DNA of 64,000 nucleotides from Rhizophagus irregularis (GCF_026210795.1 NC_089431.1:3720001-3784000); one strand, 5' to 3'. Shown: positions 25,471 through 39,434, counted from the first letter of the stretch. Program-made: numbers and translations. The notes: generated from the sequence alone by a model not told the origin.

Positions 25471-27321
25471 GTTTAAATAGAAAAATTTAGTATTATAATG
25501 TAATACTAAGTAAATTAAAGATGGTTACAGTAGTTTTTTTTGTTTATAATTAGGAATTTGCCTATATTAATGATTTGACGTTTGCGATTTAATAATTTTT
25601 CACCTAGGGTGATTGAACCTATATAATTTACCCGGTGATATCACCTCATTATTAAATTTGTACATTTAATTTTATTGGCTAATTAATGAGCTGATCATTT
25701 TATATTTTGAATTCATTCTTTTTAGGTCTTTCGGTTCTTCTTTGTAATTACTATTAGGTATGTTTTTTATTTTTTTATTTTTTGTTTATTTATTACATGT
25801 AATTTCCATTCCCTACAAACTTTATTTCTCTTTTAGTTTTATGGGTTTTGTTATTACTTGGTCCCCCTGTTTATCTCATTTCGTCCCTTCTCCACTTTTG
25901 TTTTCTTTTTATCTCTTCATCTCTTTTGCTCTTTTAAGTCTTTTTATTCTTCCCTTCCTTCATTTTTTCCATTGTTTTTTATTTCCTCTTTGTTCCTTCG
26001 TCTTTTTTGCTCCTTTACACTATCCTTTGTCATTTTCATTTTTTTTCCATTCCCACTTCTCTTTACACTACCCTTTGTTCCTTTCATTTTTTTATTCTCT
26101 TTGCTCCATTTCGTCCCCCTCCATTCTTTTTCATTCCCACTTGATCTTTTTCATTCCCCCTTTGTTTCTTTCATTCCCTTTTACTCTCCTTATTTTTTCA
26201 TTCACCCTCATTTTTTTGATTAATTTTTTATTAATTATAAACTTTATAATTATTTCTTATTTTATATTGCGTCAATCTTAAACTTATAACCAACTTAAAA
26301 AAAATATTTGAATAATTAAATGTATTAGAATCTATTCATTTCATTTATTATTATTCTTTTGGTACTTAATTTATCTAAACCAGAATTAAAATCTTTATTC
26401 AAAAATCTGGTAGCTATTTAGAGAATTTCGGGTATGGATTCGGTTATAATAATCTACAATTTTTTCAAAAAAATTGATATTTTACATATTTTATAATTAA
26501 TTGATTGATTTTTATGAATTTGCAAATTCAAACTATTTATCCAGCGTTCAATTTAATTGAAAAAATATTACTCATCTTTCTATCAACGTCGGTCAATTTT
26601 CCTATATCTGATATGTTATATTGATTTTTTTTAAAAAAATAATAATTTTGTAAATATATTTAATATAATATTTTATTTTTTATTTAATAATAAAAAAAAA
26701 TTTAAAAAAAATTTGGGGGAAGAAAAAGGATAAAGAAAGAAATCAGTTTAAAAAAAGGGAAATTTCTGAAAAAAAAGGGAATTCGAAAAAAAATAAGTAT
26801 GACAATAATCCAATCCAAAAGAGTGAAAAAAAATTTTTTTTTAAAAAAAAAAGTAACAATTTTCTGAACTTTTAGCCCAATTTTTTGGGGGGTTTTTTGG
26901 TTGAACGCCAAAAATGACCAACCAAAATTAGATAATTTCTGTTTACGTGACAATTAAGAAAAAAATGTATATCAATAGAAGGAGTTCGAACTAAATTTCA
27001 TCTAAAGCAGTTCAATTTGCGATCGAAAATAAAAAAATTTTATTGGATAATTTTTGTACAACAAAATCCGACCGAAAAATGCAACCGACCGGAAATGAAC
27101 AGGGCAGGGCCAATACGGTCTAAAAAAAAAGATCGAAAAAAAATAAAAAAAATAAATTGGTCTTAAAAAGACCAAAACAATGGGGATTATTCAATAAAAA
27201 AAATATAATTTTTTCGGTTTGGGAAAAAATTTCAACCTAAACGAGAAAATTTTTTTTATATTGTGTTTCTTTACTTTATGTAAATAAGATTATCGATAAA
27301 ACCTTCAAAATATTTAATATT

Positions 27322-27428
27322 GGTCAAATGACTTATATGACTGACTGGTCATTTGAATTTCAAATGACAAATGACAAATGACTTGTCATTTAATTCATTT
27401 GTCATTTCAAGTCATTTGCCGAACACTG
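27322..27428. repeat. aaatgac/gtcattt repeat cluster ending in ...gccgaacactg, probable hAT terminus
   Basis: About 10 short motifs in both orientations; partner end not found. Confidence 0.45.
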
Positions 27429-28327
27429 TTTTGTCCTTATGGGTACGATTCATTATATGATAATAGAATTTATAGTTTTGAATATACAATAAATAATAGG
27501 ATTTAAGCATGAAGCATTAAAATACTTCGCGTTAAAATAAAAATATAGTAGAATATCTGATATGCCAATGTAATTTGTAAAGAAGCTAATTTAACAATTG
27601 AATAAATCTCTCAATACTTTTTTATAATACAATCAATTTAACTGTTAATACCTATAATTTTCAATACAACCATTGAGATGTACCATAGATAGTAAAATTC
27701 TGCCTGCGGATGAATTTTTGCCGATTTTTAACTTCGTGATATGAGAAAGGTATCACCCATCAATCACCTCGTTCCGGTATCCTGTGCCACACGCACCACC
27801 TTCGAATGTAAAGAATTTCCTCTTTACAAAAACTTTCAAGTTTTCTAAACGTCTTCTCTACTCCATAAAAATTTGTATAGAGCATCGCTTAACACACTTG
27901 CTGAATTGTTATCGGAAAAAAACTAAAATATTTCACTTTAGTTGTATAACGTCTTTGTTCGATTTTCTCTATTACTAATAAGAAAACTTCAAAAAAAAAA
28001 ATTATAATAAGAAATAAAGGAAAAACAACGGTTGGATGCAATAAAGAGTGAGTAAAATTTCTAAAATAACCACCTTGCATATAACCTTTCTGTCTTTTCC
28101 ACCCTGAAAATTTTTGTTCAAGTGATCGACAAATTATTAACTAGTGAATCGGAAAAAATACGGCCCGAAATTTTTTTTTTTGTTGTAACCTATTTTTAGT
28201 TAAAATATTCCTTAGTAGCTCATTTATGAAACATTATTAAAAAGAAATTTTTTGTCAAAAAAAAAAAAATTCGTCTAAAAAAAAATAAAATATTTTTTTT
28301 CCTATAATATATATTTCTAAATAACAA

Positions 28328-31300
28328 ATGGCAACTGAATTTAGTAAATCAAACATCTCAGATAAACATACTAAAACAATAAACACCAAAAATTGTTCGT
28401 ATTGCAATAAACCTTTTGCTGAAAAATCATGGTGTAAAGAATGTATTAATTCTTTAGAAAATTTAGTAGAAAATGGCGATAAAGAAGCAATGCTTAATTT
28501 AGCTGACTGTTATAAAAATGGAGAAGGAACAGAAAAGAACTTAGAAAAAGCCTTTCATTGGTATCAGAAAGCAGCAGAAAAAGACCATGTTAAAGCAATG
28601 TATCATTTAGCTGGTTGTTATTATTTTGGAAAAGGAATAGAAAAGAACTTAGAAAAAGCCTTTCATTGGTATCAGAGGGCAGCAGAAAAAGACTATGTTA
28701 CAGCAATGAATAATTTAGCCAAATGTTATAGAAATGGAGAAGGGACAGAAAAGAATTTAGAAAAATCCTTTCATTGGTATCAGAAAGCAGCAGAAAAAGA
28801 TCATGTTACAGCAATGTATAATTTAGCCATATGTTTTGATAATGGAAAAGGAATAGAAAAGAACTTAGAAAAAGCCTTTCATTGGTATCAGAAAGCAGCA
28901 GTAAATGATAATAAAGAAGCAATTTATAATTTAGCCAAATGTTATAGAAATGGAGAAGGTACAGAAAAGAATTTAGAAAAAGCCTTTCATTGGTATCAGA
29001 AAGCAGCAGAAAAAGACTATGTTACAGCAATGTATAATTTAGCTATATGTTATGATAATGGAAAAGGAATAGAAAAAAACTTAGAAAAAGCCTTTCATTG
29101 GTATCAAAAAGCAGCAGAAAAAGACCACGTTACAGCAATGTATAATTTAGCCAGTTGTTATTATTCTGGAGAAGGGACAGAAAAGAACTTAGAAAAAGCC
29201 TTTCATTGGTATCAGAAAGCGGCAGAAAAAGACCATGTTAAAGCAATGTATAATTTAGCTATATGTTATAAAAATGGAAAAGGAACTGAAAAGAATTTGG
29301 AAAAAGCCTTTTATTGGTATCAAAAAGTAGCAGAAAGTGGTATTAAAGAAGCAATGTTTAATTTGGCCTATAATTATAAAAATGGAGAAGGGACAGAAAA
29401 GAACTTAGAAAAAGCCTTTCATTGGTATCAGAAAGCAGCAGAAAAAGACCATGTTAAAGCAATGTATAATTTAGCCATATGTTATGAAAATGGAGAGGGA
29501 ACAGAAAAAAATTTAGAAAAAGCCTTTCATTGGTATCAGAAGGCAGCAGAAAATGGTAATAAAGAAGCAATGTTTAATTTGGCCTATAATTATAAAAATG
29601 AAGAAGGGACAGAAAAGAATTTAGAAAAAGCCTTTCATTGGTATCAGAAAGCAGCAGAAAAAGCTCATATTACAGCAATGTATAATTTAGCTATATGTTA
29701 TGATAATGGAAAAGGAATAGAAAAGAACTTAGAAAAAGCCTTTCATTGGTATCAGAAAGCAGTAGAAAATGGTAATAAAGAAGCAATGTATAATTTAGCC
29801 ATATGTTATAGAAATGGAGAAGGTACAGAAAAGAATTTAGAAAAAGCCTTTCATTGGTATCAGAAAGCAGTAGAAAATGGTAATAAAGAAGCAATGTATA
29901 ATTTGGCCAAATGTCATAGAAATGGAGAAGGGACAGAAAAGAACTTAGAAAAAGCCTTTCATTGGTATCAGAAAGCAGCAGAAAAAGACTTTGTTACAGC
30001 AATGTATAATTTAGCTATATGTTATGATAATGGAAAAGGAATAGAAAAGAACTTAGAAAAAGCCTTTCATTGGTATCAGAAAGCAGCAGAAAAAGACCAT
30101 ATTACAGCAATGTATAATTTAGCCAGTTGTTATTATTCTGGAGAAGGGACGGAAAAGAACTTAGAAAAAGCCTTTCATTGGTATCAGAAAGCAGTAGAAA
30201 ATGGTAATAAAGAAGCAATGTATAATATAGCAATATGTTATAAAAATGGAAAAGGAACTGAAAAGAATTTAGAAAAAGCTTTTCATTGGTTTCAAAAAGC
30301 AGCAGAAAATGGTGATGTAAAAGCAATGAATAATTTAGCCGCATGTTGTGAAAATGGAGAAGGAACAGAAAAAAATTCAAAAGAAGCATTTTATTGGCAT
30401 CAAAAAGTACTAGAAGAAAGTAATAAAGCAAGTTCTAAAGATAAAGTTGAATTATGTAATAAATGCAAAAAACCACATATTGATTACCCATGCCATCAAT
30501 GTAATGAATGTAAACAACCATACATTGATTACCAGTGGTGCCAACAATGTAACGTTAAACGATTTCAACAAGATTTTACAAAGTGGACTAGTGAAAATGT
30601 ATTTATTGATAAATTTATTCAAGAGATACAACTAAATGCTAAAAATAGTCATGAAATTTTAGAGTGGATACCTTATGATAAATTGTCAAGTATTAATTAT
30701 CATGATAAAGGAGGATTTAGTGAAATTCATAAAGCTATCTGGTCAGATGGACCCATTTTTAGTTGGAATAATGATAAACAACAATGGAATAGACAGATGA
30801 ATCATGAAGTCATTCTTAAAATACTTAATAATTCATCAAATTTGAATAGTAAATTTCTTGATGAGGTATAGTATTTGATTTAATAATAAATTTTAGATTC
30901 TTTTATAAAAATTTAATAACTTCTTATTATTTATAGTGGAAATATCATTATAACTGTCAGAAAATGTCATTTTCAAAATTTATTCAATTCTTTGGTTTTA
31001 CCCAAGATCCGAATAATTTAAATCATATTATAGTAATGAGTTATGCAAAAAAAGGAAATTTGAGAAAATGTTTATCTGATATAATTAAATTTAAGTGGCA
31101 AGACAAGTTACAATTATTGAAAAAAATTATATTAGGACTTAAAGTAATTCATGAGTCAAATTTAACTCATGGTGATTTTCATGATGGTAATATTTTAATG
31201 TCAGATAATGAGTCATTTGTTATAGATTTAGGATTATATAAACCTGTGAGTGATTTGCAAGATTCTGACAATAGCGAAGTTAATGAAATTTATGGAGTTT

Positions 31301-31827
31301 TACCTTATATGGCGCCTGAAATATTAAGAAATAAACCCTATACTACAGCAAGTGATATTTATAGTTTTTCAATGATAATGTGGGAATTTATATCAGGCAT
31401 TCCTCCATTTTATGATAGAGCACATGATCACCACCTTATCTTAAGTGTTTGTGAAGGTGAACGTCCTGAAATTTTTGAAAATACTCCAAAATGTTATACA
31501 GATTTAATGAAAAAATGTTGGGATACAAATCCTTCCAATAGACCAACCATAGCAATACTTGAAAATATTGTATCTGAGTGGAGTAGATGTATTAATGAAT
31601 ATGAACATTATAAAAGAAACAGAGATGGAAATTATGTTTATAATATATCTAATATTGATAATCAATTAAAAAATGATATGTTAGAATTTGTAGAGGCAAA
31701 CAAAGTTTTAGTACAAGAACAAGCAAATACTTCTATTATACAATCTCATCCACAAGCATATTATACAAGTCGCAATGTTACTAAAGAAATAGAAAAGTCT
31801 AAGAATGTTAATGAAATTTTTGTTTAA
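28328..31827 (+). CDS. Sel1-repeat (18x) + tyrosine-kinase-like protein kinase (exons 28328-30865, 30937-31827)
   Basis: 36-aa repeats AMYNLAxCYxNGxGxEKNLEKAFHWYQKAAE; kinase motifs KGGFSEI, VILK, HGDFHDGN, DLG, YMAPE, SDIYSF; in-frame GT-AG intron. Confidence 0.92.
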
Positions 31828-32793
31828 GAAAGTTCAGAGTTTTCATAATTAAAATTTAAGATCAATAATAATAATTCCATCATTTATTCTTTACAGAAAT
31901 CCATGATTTGTTACCATGCAGTTAAATGATTGCTAATAAATCACAACAATAGTATCAGATATGTGACTATTACAATAGTGTTGGACAATCTTGTAGAACC
32001 ATCAATGATATGCTTTTTTGTAGTCTTTCAAAGATGTGATATGGTCTTAAATAGATAGAAAATATATTTCTTTGATGCATTAGATATTATTTTACTGATT
32101 TCTTTATTTGTTTTTTTTTGACATATTTATTTATTAAATAAAGTTGTGTGATAAAATTCATTTTAATAAAAAGCTGATTATATATTATTAGTAAAAATTT
32201 TTACTAATAAATTACTAATAATTGTAAAAAGTGTATTATCTGTTATACCACAATAGAAATATTTGCTATATAAACATATAAAAATAATAAATATAATACA
32301 ATGTATTGTATTTTAATATACACCTGTAGTATCTTTTACAAACAATCACTAACTTTTTGAAATATTATTATAAACCTAGATACAGTGACTTTTAAATTAT
32401 TTTATAAAATTTTTAAAATATGGACAAAATATATTTGAATTATTTTTGGAATTAATATATTAAAATAATAAGGTTAATTACACTCAATAACAATTTGAAT
32501 TATTTTTATAGAACCAGATTAAAATCATTGCAGATTTTATAGTGTGATCGTGTCTATATAATAAAACACTTGTATAATATTCTGCTGTTTTCCGGATTGT
32601 ACCACCTACGTGAGCCTGTCAAATGGTCTCAATCGAACATATATATTATTGCCTAAATGCTATATAAAAAATATATATTATCATTCTATGAAAGTACTTA
32701 TTAATGACAATACTTATGACTAATCAATTGGTGGATAGTGGACATTGTATAAAAGATAGTTATAAAAAACCAAATCAGAGGATCTCCTTCAGG

Positions 32794-32902
32794 CCCTATA
32801 AAAAATTTTTTCAGAAAAATGATCCTGTGGCTGAGTTTCTTCAGAAATGAAAACTAGAAAAATGATCATTTATTAAAATTTTTTCCAGAATTTTTTTTAT
32901 AG
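32794..32902. repeat. Short MITE-like repeat, copy of 6230-6336
   Basis: ccctataaaaaattt...ttttttttatagg ends and a shared interior. Confidence 0.6.
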
Positions 32903-32953
32903 GAAGGTATAACTAATTAGTTAACATTTTATATGTGATTAATTTTTTAGGGT

Positions 32954-33099
32954 ATTGCTAAACATCACCGGTGGTGATGGTCACCGATGGTGAAATTATG
33001 ATGTAATTCCGGCCAGTATTTTATTAGGTTTTTAATTCCGGTCGAAAATACATCTTAATGCTGGTACGGTGACCATCACCGCCGGTGAGCTTTAGCAAT
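32954..33099. mobile_element. Small TIR element
   Basis: 33-bp inverted repeat attgctaaacatcaccggtggtgatggtcaccg / cggtgaccatcaccgccggtgagctttagcaat. Confidence 0.65.
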
Positions 33100-33637
33100 T
33101 TACAATTTTTTATATGTAAATAATCAAAATATTTTTTTTTCTTTAGAATCTGTCCTGCATTATGAGATAAGGTGTAATTGATCCATGGAGTGGGATGGAA
33201 GTTTAATTTAAGAACCAAATCATATTCATCATCATCATGTGTTCAAACTTATATCCAGGAATTTGTGAATTATTTCAAATTAATAAAATTTGGAACTTAC
33301 AGTGCGCAGAAAAATATCGTACAAAGATCACGTTTAATTGATCACACACGTTATATTTGATTGGATAATGATCACATGACTGAAAGTTATTAATTTGAGA
33401 TTTTCAGTACTAATTTTGGCCCAAATTATGAATTTTGTTCGCAATTAAGCATGACCGGATTGACTCTAAATCCACTAGTTGATGATCATCATAAATATAA
33501 ATAAGGCTTGTGAACCTGCATATGGCTTGAATCTGCAGCCAACCACTTTTTTGTAACCGCGAAAAAAATATATATAAGGAAATTGTAACAAAGGATTATT
33601 TTTTAGAAATTTTTTTTTTTTAAAAAAAAAATTAATT

Positions 33638-35852
33638 ATGGATGGGGATAAATTTTTACCAAAATTATCACAAAATTTACTCAAAATTTTGGACGATGAA
33701 GAATATTATGATATTACAATTGAAGTTGGCAATGACCCTTACGTAAAAATATTCCGTGCTCATATGGTAATTCTAAACTATCGTTCTACTTATTTACAAA
33801 GGATTTTATCAACAAGTAGAAATAATAACAATGGAACTTTGGTACATATTAAATTACCAAATATCTCACCCGAAATTTTTCAAATAATTTTGAGGTAAAT
33901 TATACAATAAATAAGATGTTACTGTATTTACAAATATATATATATACATATATTGTTTTAATTTATATATAATGTTTTATTTCAGATTTATTTATGGAGG
34001 AAGACTTTCTTTGGAGGAATGTGATTCTTTGGGTATTATTAAGATCTTGACTGCTGCTAATGAACTTAATCTTCAAGAATTAGTTAATCATTTACAACTT
34101 TATATAATTAAAAATAATAAAAATTGGATGGACCAAAATTTTGATCTCATATATCAGACAAGCTTTGAAAATCATTCTTTTTTGGAACTTCAAAAATATT
34201 GTACTGACTTTATTTCAAGAAGACCTGATAAGATACTTAAATCAATTAGTTTCTCTTCAATTTCAGAAAAACTTTTAGTTTCAATTATTAAAAGTAATAA
34301 TCTTCATATGAGCGAAATTCAAGTTTGGAAATATGTAATTAAATGGGGACTTGCTCAGAATCCCGAACTTCCTTCTGATCCTGCAACTTTTTCAAAAGAA
34401 GATTTTAATGTATTAAAAAGTACTTTACAACAACTCATTCCTTTTTTTGAGTTTACTAAATTAACTCCTAAAGAATTTTCTGAAGAAGTATTACCTTATA
34501 AGAAAGTTTTACCAAAGGAATTATACAAGGATTTATTGAACATTTTTTTAAATTCACATCCTGATAGCAGACCAAATGATAAATTAAAAATTCAAAATAT
34601 TGATTCAAAAATTATTACATCTCAACATGCTGAATTAATTTCAAAATGGATAGATAAATTAGATATTATGGATAAGTCGACTTCTTTGTACGAATTCAAA
34701 TTAATTCTTCGTGGATCTCGTGATGGATTTGAATCTAAAATATTTCATGAGATTTGTGATGATCGATCTTGCACTATAACAATTATTAAAGTTAAAGGAA
34801 ATAACCAAATTCTTGGAGGATATAATCCAATTGAATGGAAATCTGATCGTAATTATTGTGCTACTAAAGATAGTTTTATATTCTCTTTTAAGAATGGAAT
34901 TAATATTAATGAACATATTTTAAGTCGTGTTACGAATGAAAATTATGCTATATTTAACGATCATACTTATGGACCATCATTTGGTGGTTCTGATCTTATT
35001 TTGCGGGGGAATAGTGAACAATCTGGACATTGTATCAAAGATAGTTATGAAAAACAAATCAGAGGACCTCCTTCAGGTATAATTAATTAGTGCCTTTATT
35101 TGTAAATAACTAATAATATTTTTATATAATCTCTTTATAATTTTTATAGAATCTGTCTTGCATTATGATGTAAGATGTGACTGCTGTGACTATACTATCC
35201 GTGGAATGAGATGGAAGTGCACATCCTGTGAAAATTATGATTTATGTCAAAATTGTAAAGCCAAATCACACATTCATAATCACCCAGATGATCATATGTT
35301 CGAACTTGTGCCACATTCAAAATCTTCTAAACGTGCTCCTCGTACGTATTATTATATCTTTTTTTAATATATTGTTCTATAATACTAATTTTTTTTATAA
35401 TAATTTATGACCTCTTTTTAATATCTTGTAGAATTTGCTTTGCATTTTGGCGTAGTGTGTGATTTCTGTAAAAGTAAAGTTCGTGGAATGAGATGGAAAT
35501 GTGCATTTTGTTATAATTATGATTTATGTAAAGATTGTAAACTAAAATCTCAAAATATTCATGATCATCCAAATAATCATGCGTTTAAACCTATTGCATA
35601 TCCCACTGGTATGTTACTGTCAAATATTTTGAATTGTAGCATTAAATTATACAAATTATAAAATAATATTTATTAATTTCATTTTCATCATCATTATAAT
35701 ATGAATTAGGTGGATTAAGACATTTGTCGCTAAAAAATCCTGCAATTTGTGACTATTGTGAGTTAGCCTGCATCGGTAGCAGATGTTTTAAGTGTGCCAA
35801 TGGCGAATTTTTTTTAGAAGAGTACGAAATATTTCAAATTATAAAATATTAA
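33638..35852 (+). CDS. BTB-BACK-TLDc protein with ZZ zinc fingers inserted in the TLDc C-terminus
   Basis: Exons 33638-33894, 33986-35076, 35150-35341, 35432-35608, 35710-35852 join in frame; TLDc motifs LILRGSRDGF, ILGGYNP, GPSFG; two ZZ fingers (CDxC..IRGMRWKCxxCxNYDLCxxC..H..H); ends GEFFLEEYEIFQIIKY*. Confidence 0.88.
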
Positions 35853-36537
35853 AATATAATCTGGAATTGTTCTTTGAGCAAATATTAGATGAGAATATTC
35901 CTTTTGTAATTTGGATTGGTAAATTTTAAAAATTAGAAGAATATAACGAAACATTTATTTATCAATTTAATAAAGTTAAATTATTTTATCATTAAAGCTG
36001 TTGAAATCACAATTTGAATATAATTATTGTAACAGTATATATAAAAATAGATCGCATTTAAATTAAAGCAGAAATTTGATGTATCTATCAATGATTGATC
36101 AAAATTTTATAATTGATCGATTAATTTAATAGATTAATTTATAATTAGTATATTATATTTGGTAATATTAATAATGTTTTTTTATGATTAAAATAATGGT
36201 TGTTACGTATATGTATTCTTTGTAGTGAAGATGTACAATAAAAATATAATTTGTTTCAGCTAAATTTCGCAGTTGAAAAAAAAAATAAAATAATTAATGA
36301 GCTTCTTTTTGTTAAAATATTATCATAATTATAATTAAATATATTAAATAAATTTTTAATAATTTTAATAACTTTGAAATAATTGATAAAAATAAAAATA
36401 TGACTCGAGCTCTCGATCAATGGTTTTAATCACATGATCAATGATATGTGATCAACTAAACGTATCAGTGCAGTATGTATTTGGTCAACTAATTATCAAA
36501 TAATTTAAATAATTTAAATGGTGAGGATAATTAATAT

Positions 36538-36874
36538 GGATAAATCTAATTGTAACAGCCTGTTACGCGTCTTATTTGTAACAACCCCCAATTTTATCCA
36601 ATTAAAATTTAAGATCAGGCGTAATGTAAACAAAAACAAAAGATCAGTTGTGTAACTAAGACAAAGAATTTTTTAAAAAATTTCAAGAAACTGCTTATAA
36701 CTTAAAATTTTGTCTATGAAACTGTCTTAAGTACATTAAGTAAAAGTTTTTCAAATTAAATTTTACATATAAAAATTTTATTTGTGAAACACATATTAAA
36801 TTTATTATTAAAAAAAATAAAAAAAGGATGTTACAAATAAGATATGTAACAGGCTGTTACAAATACATTTCTTC
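36538..36874. mobile_element. Mutator-like MITE
   Basis: About 50-bp imperfect TIR (ttgtaacagcctgttac...); perfect 9-bp TSD aattaatat. Confidence 0.75.
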
Positions 36875-37427
36875 AATTAATATAGTGTTGTTGTTCAATA
36901 TGAACTGTATAATGTATATTTATAATTTTTATATGATACTTTGAAAACAAAATTTTAACTCATTTGTCAAAGGTGAGAAAAAGGTGCTAATCCTCGGAAA
37001 ACTAGAATGTAATAAAAGAGTGTGTGAGTAAGATTAATATAATTAAAAATATAAAATATCTTATTTAAAATGTGAGAATGTAAAGATATAATTTATGCTG
37101 GGATTCTTATTTATGGCCTAGGATCACGGGTGCTTCACCCTTTTTGAAAACAGCACGAATTCCAATCTCTATTTTGATGTTTTTATATTCATTTATATAA
37201 AAAATTGCGTAATTCATTTCATAAAAAATAATGTATTTGATAATCATGTGTATACAAAGCTAATTATAGAAGATTTAAAATTTTGATCAATGACACTATT
37301 TAACACTTGCAAAGATTTATCTTGTGCAGTAAACAAATTAAATGATATAAAACTTTATTAACAGAGGATGTTAAATTTTAAAAAATGAATATTAATAAAT
37401 AGAAAATTTCTATTTGTAACCGGTGGG

Positions 37428-38168
37428 TAGTGTTTCGATCCGGGTAGAAACCGTTACCCGGATAAATTAAAAAAATTATCCGGTTTTTATCCGGATTATC
37501 CGCCTCGGATAAAAATCCGGATATATCCGGATAGAAACCGAAATCCGGATAGAATTAATATTAATTTTTTTTATAGATTGGGAAATTCATGGCATATATT
37601 AAATAAAATTCATGGTATAAGTTTAATTAAGTTCCATAGTAACAAATTTGATTAAATTGGTGGCGTTTATTTAATTAAATCGTAGATCTTAAATTAAGGT
37701 TAGAAACTCTAATTTCGGCCGGCACTATGAATTTTGCCCAAATTATGCTGTAGGTTTGATTTTCCGAAATTTTTTAGAAAATGTGAACTTTTTTTTTGTC
37801 CGTGATCATCAAGATTGTTGCATGCTTTTAGTGCACAAAATGGCTTAATATCAATAAGTCAAAATAATAAACCGAATTTTAGAATTGAAACTTAAGAAAT
37901 GAATAATAATCACGATTGATTGACTCTAAAAATCAATTCTTATTTTGGGAATTGATTTCAATCCTTCACTGAATAAAAATTTAGAAAGAAAACTAATTTA
38001 AACATTTAAGAAAAACTTTTTTTTATTTTCATTATCCGGATTCCGGGTCAAAACCGGATATTTTTTAACCGGATATTTATCCGGGTAAAAACCGCGATTA
38101 TCCGGATATCCGAAAAATAAAATTATCCGGGTTCAACCGGTTGGACCCGAATACGGATCGAAACACTA
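37428..38168. mobile_element. hAT-like non-autonomous element
   Basis: 15-bp TIR tagtgtttcgatccg; perfect 8-bp TSD ccggtggg; dense atccgg subterminal repeats at both ends. Confidence 0.9.
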
Positions 38169-38531
38169 CCGGTGGGTACCATATTTACCCAGTAACGCCA
38201 CAAAAAATTTCCAACCCCACGTAATTTTTGGCCGGCATTATATGTCTCGGCCGGCATTAAGAAATTAAGCATATGACAAATAAGGCGTGACAAATAGGAT
38301 TTTACACACTGAAAAAAATCCGAGTCCCTGGAATACATAGTAAAAATGGAAAACAGGAAGAGTGTGACGCCGGTGACAAATTTTTAAGATCACGTGGGTG
38401 GAAAATTTTTGGGGAAGATTGGGTACCATACCCTAATCATGTGATATATAGAAAATCCATTAATGATTTGACGTTAAAATACCGAACTATTATGAATATT
38501 AACTAAATATGTTAAGGATCAAAAGGAGAGG

Positions 38532-38590
38532 GGCTCGAATGACTACTGTAATTCAACAGGCCGGCTTGAATTACAGTAGTCATTCGAGCC
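38532..38590. repeat. Perfect 25-bp inverted repeat with a 9-nt loop
   Basis: ggctcgaatgactactgtaattcaa-caggccggc-ttgaattacagtagtcattcgagcc. Confidence 0.85.
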
Positions 38591-39434
38591 ATTATTCAAA
38601 TATATTCAAAATGGTACTGAAGTTTACCTCTTGTTGGAGACTATATGTATTAAAACACCTCTTGATATTTTCCCAAGATTCAAATGACAATAATCCAATG
38701 TGAATTTCTGACGTTTAAGTTTCTCTATTTTCTGGTATTTCCTCAAGTTCATCATCAATAGCAATTTCTCCATTGAATGAACATTTGCTTTATCAAGAAA
38801 AGGCATTTCTTGAAGGTTAGATTCCATTTTATATATTAGAGATACTAGATTTCTTTACAATTAAAAGAAAAGAAAGAAAGAGAAAGTTTATTTTACAATT
38901 GATTAACTGATTTATACTTTTTCCGATCATAATTCACGTGACCATCAATATAGGGTAAGAGTAGAGATATTTATAAATAAATGATTGTAAATTTTTTAAA
39001 AGAATTTACTCTAATGTATGATAATTATTTATTGGACAATAGAAAATTTATCCACCTTCAAAAAAAGCTATGTGTTAATTAGCAAAAATCATGTGAATAC
39101 CGGATAATTATATTTATAAAAAATTTATCCAATTATCTTGAAAGAATATTTTTTTTGGATCAGATACGAAATTTATCTGAAAGTTCGAATGTATTCTCAA
39201 CAAATAATACTGATTTGCAGTTCATAGTTTTACCGAATCATGCTATACTAAAGTTAGCTAGGCGAGTAGATTATTTTTTAATTTGTGAAACTGCGCCTGC
39301 TTGTGTATCCATCATTTGTTGTACAATAACCATAGAAGATCTGCGGAAAATGAATATATAAGGAACTATCGGAAATTGTTATATAATATATTTTTTTTTT
39401 TAAAAAAAAAAAAAAAAAGAGATAATAAATTGCG

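Noticed and set aside
25760..26281. Phe/Leu/Ser-rich ORFs of 173 and 121 aa
   Set aside because: Pyrimidine-rich low-complexity tract that lacks stops by composition
21344..27428. One large hAT element from tagtgttg to aacactg
   Set aside because: Ends match over only about 6 bp, subterminal repeats differ and there is no TSD
28480..30420. Regular 108-bp repeats as a CRISPR-like array
   Set aside because: Coding Sel1 repeats with no unique spacers, in a eukaryotic context
29691..30431. Antisense ORFs within the Sel1 array
   Set aside because: Repeat-derived shadow frames
33505..33552. tRNA-like 3' end (ggcttgaatc...ccaacca then a T run)
   Set aside because: No cloverleaf or A box could be built
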